Below are positions 1 through 5,536 of a DNA stretch of 5,683 bases, in pieces. The DNA is from Fonticula alba ATCC 38817 (lineage: Eukaryota > Protista > Nucleariida): the NCBI GenBank assembly GCA_000388065.2, contig KB932207.1; one strand, given 5' to 3'. The notes under the pieces are model-generated. The model saw only the letters and a program-made list of their open reading frames with translations. It was not told the origin of the DNA and searched no databases. The translations under genes were made by a program, and so were the position numbers. The stretch's first letter is position 1. Each line of letters starts with the position of its first letter.

Positions 1-66
1 GCCCCTCTTGCCCCCGCCCGCACACCCTCCCATCCTCCTCCCCCCTCCCCCTCCGAACCGCCTGGC

Positions 67-650
67 ATGAACAACCTGCTTGGCGCCCTCCCGGGCCCGG
101 TGTCCCGCAACGAGTCGTCGGACTTGTGCCTGCTGCGCGCGGCGCGGGCCCTGCCGCCGGCCGACACGGCCCCGGACACGCGAAAGCTCGAGGCCCTGTC
201 GCTGGCCGAGAGCGCCTGGCCGCGCCCGGTTGAGTACCTGCTGGTGGTGCTGGACCCGCTGCAGGGGCAGCTGCTGGAGCGCGCCCTGGCGGCCGATGGG
301 CCCGGCGCCGCGGACACCACGGCCGACATCCAGGCGTCGCCGGTGGGCCGGCTGCTGGCGGACCTGGCCCCGCACCAGGGCGCCCCGGGGCCCGCCGGGC
401 CCGGGCTCCTTCGGTCCTTCTGCACGGCCGACGGCCGGGTGGCCGCGGTGACGGTCGACGAGCGCCGGCTGAATGGCGCCTGGGCGCGGGCCCTGCGCCA
501 GCATGCGGACCGCGTGACCCAGGCTCTTCTCCGGCAGCAGGCGGCCGCCGGGGCGGACGATCCTCCGCCCGGGCGCCTGGAGCGCCCGCGCCCCGAGGCC
601 GGGTCCACCCTGGCGCGCGCCCTGCTGGACACCTTCCGCCCCACTGCCGG
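67..650 (+). CDS. Coding exon of unknown family (about 195 aa); either a separate hypothetical gene or an N-terminal extension of the ABCG
   Basis: Long ORF with strong G/C third-position bias and protein-like segments (EYLLVVLDPLQGQLLE; LLRSFCTADGRVAAVTVDERRLNGAWARAL). It ends at a consensus donor GG|GTATGT (651). The frame is also open back to base 1, so the true start may lie upstream. I do not recognise the family. Confidence 0.65.
538..571 (+). repeat. 34-bp exact direct repeat, copy 1
   Basis: CAGGCGGCCGCCGGGGCGGACGATCCTCCGCCCG is identical to 4266-4299. Confidence 0.97.
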
Positions 651-721
651 GTATGTCATGCGAAGGGGGCCGCCCGGCTGTCCCTCCCCTCCTGTCCTCC
701 CCCCCCCCCCCCCCCTCCCAG
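651..721 (+). other. Putative spliceosomal intron (71 nt) between the upstream ORF and the ABCG start
   Basis: GTATGT donor, pyrimidine tract with C17 (699-715), CCCAG acceptor. The architecture matches ABCG intron 1. Confidence 0.6.
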
Positions 722-752
722 CCACCTCGTCGCTTGTCATCCGCATCCCACC

Positions 753-1064
753 ATGACCGAGGGTGCCCACGTCATAGAGATGGATTCCATCGCCGCGGCT
801 GTCGCCCTGGATAGCCCTCCCACGGCCGACGCCCCGGCCGTGGTTGGGTCCTCTTCCGGGCTGTCTGGCGGGTCATCCACCGGGTCGGTTGCCTCCAACC
901 CCGAGAAGTCTGGCCACGTCGCCATCCCCGTGGCCCGGGGGACCGCCCTCCCCGACAAAGCTCGCCTCGCCCCGGGCGCCGTCAGCATCCCCATGCCCGG
1001 GCAGACCTTTGCCCCGCCGACCCAGGTGACTCTCACCTGGACGGATCTGGTCCATGTTGTGGAT
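753..1064 (+). CDS. ABCG exon 1 (Ser/Gly/Pro-rich N-terminal tail, then VTLTWTDLVHVVD)
   Basis: ATG in CCACCATG context. The exon ends with the 'L.W.DL...V' strand that typically precedes the ABCG NBD. Donor GAT|GTGCGT at 1065, phase 0. Confidence 0.8.
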
Positions 1065-3092
1065 GTGCGTCCCCCCCCCCCCCCCCCCCGTCCCCCCGCC
1101 ACCATCGCACCCCGCAGATCAAGACCGGCCCCCTCTTCCGTCAGAAGACCGTGGAAAAGGTCATCCTTGACAAGGTGTCCGGCCAGGCACAGCCCGGCCG
1201 TCTGCTGGCCATCATGGGTCCTTCCGGTGGTGGCAAGACCTCCCTGCTGGACTCGATCAGTGGGCGTCTGCGCACGCGCGGCGGCACTGTCACGGTCAAT
1301 GGCGGGCCGATGCCCAGCCACTTCCGGCTGCTGGCCAGCTATGTGATGCAGGATGACCTGCTCTTTGAGAGCCTGACCCCGCGCGAGCTGCTGACCTTCG
1401 CGGCGCGGGTGCGCCTGTCCAGCTCCCTCTCCACGAAGGACATCCGCTTCCATGTGGAGCGTCTGCTGGACCGCCTGAGCCTGACCCGGTCGGCGGACAC
1501 GCGGGTCGGCCAGGCCGGCGGTTCCGGCAGTGGCTCGCGTGGTCGACGCGGTCTGTCCGGCGGTGAGCGCAAGCGCGTGGCCATCGCCTACGAGATGATC
1601 ACCAACCCGGCCCTGCTGTTCCTGGATGAGCCGACCACCGGCCTGGATGCCTTCATGGCGCTCAGCCTGATTGAGCTTCTCCGGTCTCTGGCGGCCGAGG
1701 GGCACACCGTGGTGACGACCATCCACCAGCCCAGCTCCGACATTTTTGCCCTCTTCGATGATCTGCTGCTGGTGGCCCGGGGTCGGGTGCGTGTTCCTTC
1801 CTGCCTCTGTCTCTCTCTGTCTCTCTCTGTCTCTCTCTGTCTCTCTCTGTCTCTCTCTCTCTCTCTCTCCCTCTCTCTCTCTCTCCCTCTCCCTCTCCCT
1901 CTCTCTCTCTCTCTCTGTTTGTCTCTCTGGCAATTGGCCTGCTTCCGTCGCTCGCCTGTCGTTGTGCTGACCCCGCTTCCCTTCCTCGCCTCCCGTTTGC
2001 AGGTTGCCTTCCGCGGGGAGGCCTCCCGCGCGGTGGACTACTTCGACAGCCTGGGCTACCCCTGCCCGACCTTCTCCAACCCCTCTGACTTCTTCATGAA
2101 GACCCTGCACAGCAACACGGACGAGGATATGGTTCGCATCCGGGCCATCACCGACCGGTGCCCCCCGTTCAAGGCCATCGATGATGTGCGTATGCCGGCT
2201 CTCAGCCCCCTTTGCTGCCTTGGCGTCCCTTGTTCTCGCCTCTTCAGCCTCGTTCGCCCACTCCCTCGCACGGGGCCCCTTCCTGTCCGCGCCTTTCTCC
2301 GTGTGTGTGTGTGTGTGTGTGTCTGAGAGAGAAAGCTAACGTCCAACCTGCCCCCCGGATATGTGGCCATGTCTGCGTCTGTCTTTCTCCCTCCTCTCGG
2401 CCGGCCTGTCTCCATCTTTCCCTCGCTCGATCTCCCTATCCGGCCCATCCGGCCCATCCACTCAACTCCCAATGTGCCTGTGCACCTCCACAGGGCGTGC
2501 CTCCCATCAAGCCGGCCAAGCCGGAGAAGCCCTCGAAGAGCGTGGTTTTCAAGGCCCTCCTCGGGCGAAGCAACCGCCTCTTCCTGCGCAACCCGGTCAC
2601 CTTCTACGCGCGCCTGGGCCAGACCATCTCCTCGGCTCTCATGTGTGGTCTGCTCTTCTGGAACACGACCCTCACGCAGACCGGTGTCCAGGGCCGGGCG
2701 GGTGGTATTTTCTTCCTCATCACCTCGGCCGTCATGTCCTCCATGATGAACTATGTCCTCTCCTTCCCGGTGGAGGTGGCCTACTTCCGCCGCGAGCAGC
2801 TTAGCCAAATGTACTCGCCTGGCCAGTATTACTGGACCAAGTTCTTCAGGTGCGCACGCGCGCATGCACCCATCCATCCCTTGATGATCAGGCCGTATCC
2901 CCCTCCCCCCCTCCCCCCACTAACCCTGCCCCCCTCTCGCCCCTCCTCCAGTGAGCTGCCATACAGTGTCATCTTCCCCCTCCTCTTCTCGGTCATCAGC
3001 TACTTCATGCTCAACCTCGAGGCGACCGCGCCGAAGTTCTTTGTTTTCCTGCTGGTCCAGTGGCTGCTCAGCACCCTGTCGGCCTCCCTCGG
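753..3092 (+). CDS. ABCG: ABCG/White-family half ABC transporter (NBD-TMD order), spliced; exons 753-1064, 1118-1786, 2003-2185, 2494-2849, 2952-3092; 3' end not visible
   Basis: The spliced translation is continuous (1661 nt, 553 codons + 2 nt). It contains Walker A GPSGGGKT (1217-1240), Q-loop YVMQDD, signature LSGGERKR (from 1553), Walker B/D-loop LFLDEPTTGLD (1613 on), H-loop TIHQP and the ABCG-typical NPSDF motif. These are followed by hydrophobic TM segments and the FPVE..YFRRE...Y...K..SELP pattern of ABC-2 type membranes. All junctions are GT-AG with matching phase. The symbol is family-level only. Confidence 0.93.
1065..1117 (+). other. ABCG intron 1 (53 nt)
   Basis: GTGCGT...C19 run...CGCAG. 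Removing it restores the frame between ORF 753 and the NBD ORF. Confidence 0.85.
1118..1786 (+). CDS. ABCG exon 2 (nucleotide-binding domain)
   Basis: Follows acceptor CCCGCAG (1117). Reads IKTGPLFRQKTVEKVILDKVSG...DDLLLVARGR with all ATPase motifs. Donor CGG|GTGCGT at 1787. Confidence 0.92.
1787..2002 (+). other. ABCG intron 2 (216 nt)
   Basis: GTGCGT donor, CT microsatellite, branch-like GCTGAC (1966-1971), TGCAG acceptor. It interrupts the conserved LLLxxGx/VxxxG hairpin of the NBD. Confidence 0.9.
1805..1928 (+). repeat. Compound CT microsatellite including (CTCTCTCTGT)x4 at 1811-1850
   Basis: Read directly from the sequence. Confidence 0.95.
2003..2185 (+). CDS. ABCG exon 3 (end of NBD, NPSDF motif, linker)
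   Basis: Acceptor TTTGCAG (2002). Reads VAFRGEASRAVDYFDSLGYPCPTFSNPSDFFM... Donor GAT|GTGCGT at 2186. Confidence 0.9.
2186..2493 (+). other. ABCG intron 3 (308 nt)
   Basis: GTGCGT donor, (GT)11, long pyrimidine-rich tract, CACAG acceptor. Removing it restores the frame into the TMD ORF. Confidence 0.85.
2301..2322 (+). repeat. (GT)11 microsatellite
   Basis: Read directly from the sequence. Confidence 0.95.
2494..2849 (+). CDS. ABCG exon 4 (TM1, TM2, coupling region)
   Basis: Acceptor CCACAG (2493). Reads ...RNPVTFYARLGQTISSALMCGLLFWN...GRAGGIFFLI...FPVEVAYFRRE...YYWTKFF. Donor AG|GTGCGC at 2850, phase 2. Confidence 0.88.
2850..2951 (+). other. ABCG intron 4 (102 nt)
   Basis: GTGCGC donor, branch site CACTAAC (2918-2924), pyrimidine tract, CCAG acceptor. 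Removal yields the conserved K..SELP. Confidence 0.88.
2952..3092 (+). CDS. ABCG exon 5 (TM3, TM4)
   Basis: Acceptor CTCCAG (2951). The junction rebuilds AG|T (Ser), giving KFFSELPYSVIFPLLFSVISYFMLNL...LSASLG. Donor GG|GTGCGT at 3093, phase 2. Confidence 0.88.
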
Positions 3093-3101
3093 GTGCGTGC
3101 C

Positions 3102-3111
3102 NNNNNNNNNN
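3102..3111. other. Assembly gap (10 N) just inside ABCG intron 5, next to a C-run
   Basis: Run of N in the sequence; true length unknown. Confidence 0.98.
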
Positions 3112-4026
3112 CCCCCCCCGCCCGCTGCCGCCCATCCCCCACACCGGCTTCGCCACTCCTCCCCCGGGTTCGATCGCGCGGTCTTGTTTTTGCTTACGCG
3201 CCGGGCCGGACAGAATGGGGCCCGCCCGTCCGCGCGCACTAGGAGCGGTTGGGACACACGGCGCCCGCGCCCCTGGTTGGTGTCCGGCCGGGGAACAGCA
3301 TGTCAAGCCCTGCCCCCCGCTGCCCCACCCAGGGGGGGGGGGGTGCAAACACGGGGTAGCCGTTATCCGTTTCCTGTCCCGGCTGCAGGTTTTGTGAGTC
3401 ATCTGGTTGTTGGTGTGGTTCTTTTGTGCCTCCCAGTCGGACCGGCGCTGTGGTGTTTTTCGCGGCAATTTCTCTAATTCTGGGGGGGGGGGCGGGGGGC
3501 GATGTGGCCCAGGCCGCCGCGCCCTCCTCGAGAGCTTGAGACGCGCACCGGGGCACGCGGCGAGGCGCGTGGCGCGCCGCAACGGCCACCTCCGGCCGGT
3601 TGCTCCTGCGACAGTGGAGCCCGATGTGAAACACGGGTGCTGGTTGGCAGCCGAGGCCTGCCCCGCGTGGCGGTGTGCGTGCGTGTGGTATGCATGCCGA
3701 GGTCGTGCGTGCATCTGCGGCCCTGCCTCAGCGTTTTTCGCCCCGGCCCCCATGCCTAGAGTACTGTCACACGCCCAGTGGAGGAGACAGGCAGCGTGAG
3801 GAGGCGCCCTCCCTCGCCACCGTAGCTTGGGCCTCCCTGTGGAGGGCCTGCCCCAGGCATGCATATACGTATGCATGAATCTGTGTGTCCGTGTGTCTGT
3901 GTGTCTGTGGGTGGGTGGGTGTGGCCACCCTTCTCGCCCTCGTCACCATGGGCGGCTGGATGTGATTGCCGCGTCTGCCGGCCACTTTCCCGCCTCCCTC
4001 CCCCTCCCGGCCCCCATGCTGGACAG

Positions 4027-4077
4027 ATCCCCACGCCCCTGTGGGTGGACATCCAGTCGGAGAGCGACCAGATCGCT
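4027..4077 (+). CDS. Candidate small internal exon (IPTPLWVDIQSESDQIA)
   Basis: Follows a pyrimidine tract and GACAG acceptor (4026) and has C/G-ending codons. Weak donor GTGCCC at 4078, phase 0, compatible with the acceptor at 4268. Confidence 0.3.
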
Positions 4078-4265
4078 GTGCCCAGAGGCGAAGGGAATAG
4101 ATGATTTATAAGCCGGCACCCTGGGGCCATGTTCTCCCCCCCAGGTCGGCCTCCCTCCTGCAGCTCTGCTCCCCCACCTCCCCATCCAGGATCTCCCTCT
4201 CCACCTCTTCCCTCTCCGCCTCCCCTCCCACGCCTGCCCCCCTGCACCAGTCTTCGCCCCGGCCC

Positions 4266-4299
4266 CAGGCGGCCGCCGGGGCGGACGATCCTCCGCCCG
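4266..4299 (+). repeat. 34-bp exact direct repeat, copy 2 (ends at the assembly gap)
   Basis: Identical to 538-571. Confidence 0.97.
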
Positions 4300-4418
4300 N
4301 NNNNNNNNNCGTCCGGCCGGCCGACAAAAAGTCCCTCTTCTTGCACGAGAACTATTTCCAGATCTGGCGGCGCAAGCCGGCGGCCCCGGCGCCCTCGAGC
4401 GGCAGCCATGCATCCTAA
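4269..4418 (+). CDS. Probable terminal exon of a hypothetical gene (AAAGADDPPP-gap-VRPADKKSLFLHENYFQIWRRKPAAPAPSSGSHAS*)
   Basis: Preceded by a long pyrimidine tract and CAG (4266-4268). The segment KKSLFLHENYFQIWRRK has coding-like codons and non-low-complexity content. Stop TAA at 4416-4418, followed by a CT repeat. Frame continuity across the gap is unproven. Confidence 0.5.
   Translation, partial: AAAGADDPPPXXXXVRPADKKSLFLHENYFQIWRRKPAAPAPSSGSHAS
4300..4309. other. Assembly gap (10 N)
   Basis: Run of N in the sequence; true length unknown. Confidence 0.98.
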
Positions 4419-4434
4419 TACATGGGTTTCCCTC

Positions 4435-4507
4435 TCTCTCCCTCCATCTCTCCCTCCATCTCTCCCTCCATCTCTCCCTCCATCTCTCTCTCTCTCTCTC
4501 TCTCTCT
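4435..4507 (+). repeat. (TCTCTCCCTCCA)x4 tandem (4435-4482) merging into a (TC)n tract
   Basis: A residues at 4446, 4458, 4470 and 4482 give a 12-nt period. Confidence 0.95.
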
Positions 4508-5103
4508 GCCTGTCCTTGCCAAGTGCGCCTCTACGGTTGCCGCTATTGCCTGCGCCGGGGCCCCGCCGTGTGCCGTGTGTTCTCTTTCCTTTTCTTTCTG
4601 CCCTTCCCCCGCCCCACCCAGAGCCACCCACCACCGGTGCCATGAACGACGTTGTGTTCCCCGTCCGGCGGGGGGTGGGAGCCGCTCCCCCTTTTTCAGC
4701 CCCCGTGCCGGTGCGTGCCGTTCCCGGCGCTCGGGGATGTTGGCTGCGGGGCCCGGCTCTCTTGGCGATGCTGGCTGCTGTGTTTGGTCATCACCCTGCG
4801 CGTGAGCCAGGAGCCGCCTGGATTTCGAGCAAATTGCGCACGTGTAGAGCTGGAGGCGGGCTCCAGATCCCCCCCCCCCCCCCGGCGCGGCTGGCTCCGG
4901 GGCCATCGACGTCTTGCCAGACCGGGGCCGCGGTAGACTGCTTACGACAGACGTACCAGAGACCGCCCGTGGCCCCTCGCCCCGCGGCCCGAGGGCGGAG
5001 GCCATCGGCCCCCTGCTTGTCCCCCTGCAGGGGCACAGGCCGGGTGGCAGATGCGGAGACCCTGCCCCGATGTTTGCCCACGATCTCTCTCTAAATGGAT
5101 GGG

Positions 5104-5129
5104 TCTCTCTCTCTCTCTCTCTCTCTCTC
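5104..5129 (+). repeat. (TC)13 microsatellite followed by a CT-rich tract
   Basis: Read directly from the sequence. Confidence 0.95.
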
Positions 5130-5330
5130 CCGCTGTTTCTCTTTCTCTCAGCCTCTTCCTCTCTCTTTGTGGCTCAATCTTTCGGGAGTGGTGTGTCTGG
5201 CAGCCCGGAGCGGAGGTGATGGTGGTGGCAGGCAATTGCCCCCCCCGCCCGCCCGCCGGGTGCCCCCACGAACAAAGGCAGGGGTTGGGGCCGGCTTCGG
5301 AGGCCAGATGCCAACGAAGCCGTCGGCCAG

Positions 5331-5342
5331 GCGATTGGCTGC
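5331..5342 (-). promoter_or_regulatory. Possible CCAAT (NF-Y type) box, reading GCAGCCAATCGC on the minus strand
   Basis: Motif match only. It lies about 150 nt upstream of a candidate ATG at 5492. Confidence 0.2.
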
Positions 5343-5491
5343 CTAGCAAAGCGCGCGCCAAGGGCGCTCTGGCGCGGGCCTCTCCCAGGTATGGGGTGCA
5401 GGGGTGCGCCCCCTCCTCCCCCCCCCCCCCTGCCGGGTGCCCCCCGAGGGGACGCTCTGTGGGGCTCCGGCCGGGCGGGCATGCCCGCGCG

Positions 5492-5536
5492 ATGAACGAC
5501 AACACGGCCACCGCCGGGCCAGGGGCGGCTGCTGAG
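5492..5536 (+). CDS. Candidate first coding exon of a downstream gene (MNDNTATAGPGAAAE)
   Basis: ATG followed by 14 codons and GAG|GTAATT, a good donor. No homology evidence is visible. Confidence 0.2.

Noticed and set aside
80-451. Arg/Cys/Trp-rich alternative-frame ORFs here and across 2361-2804, 3407-3799, 4129-5094 and 4942-5511
   Set aside because: Off-frame translations expected in high-GC DNA with few stop codons; their compositions are not protein-like.
737-2110. 457-aa minus-strand ORF (and the 273-aa ORF 2056-2877)
   Set aside because: Antisense shadows of GC3-rich ABCG exons. The RE repeat is just the reverse complement of the intronic CT microsatellite, and there are no recognisable motifs.
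1151-2326. ORF track protein taken as an intronless ABC ATPase with an SL repeat
   Set aside because: It starts at an internal GTG and reads through introns 2 and 3. The spliced model restores the conserved motifs.
3389-3477. Hydrophobic GFVSHLVVGVVLLCLPVGPALWCFSRQFL* as the ABCG last TM helix
   Set aside because: The codons are T-rich, unlike the gene's other exons, and it does not match the ABCG TM6 pattern. The phase from the 3093 donor to the 3388 acceptor gives a different frame. It is more likely UTR or intergenic.
4101-4112. TTTATAA as a TATA box, or ATG 4101 as the start of the 105-aa ORF
   Set aside because: A single short motif with no supporting context; it also falls within a predicted intron.
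4145-4157. 13-bp match GTCGGCCTCCCTC to 3078-3090 (both encode SASL)
   Set aside because: A 13-mer of C-rich composition is plausible by chance in this window.
538-4299. The 34-bp repeats as target-site duplication or LTR ends of a mobile element carrying the ABCG
   Set aside because: No transposase, reverse transcriptase, terminal inverted repeats or TG...CA ends are visible, and the enclosed gene retains its introns.
4642-4650. ATGAACGAC shared with 5492-5500, and ORF MNDVVFP...
   Set aside because: A 9-bp match is chance level and the downstream peptide has no coding-like bias.
699-5430. Poly-C/poly-G runs (699-715, 1071-1089, 3332-3343, 3482-3499, 4869-4883, 5418-5430) as functional G-quadruplex elements
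   Set aside because: They are frequent throughout the non-coding DNA here, homopolymer lengths are unreliable in draft assemblies, and nothing singles any of them out.
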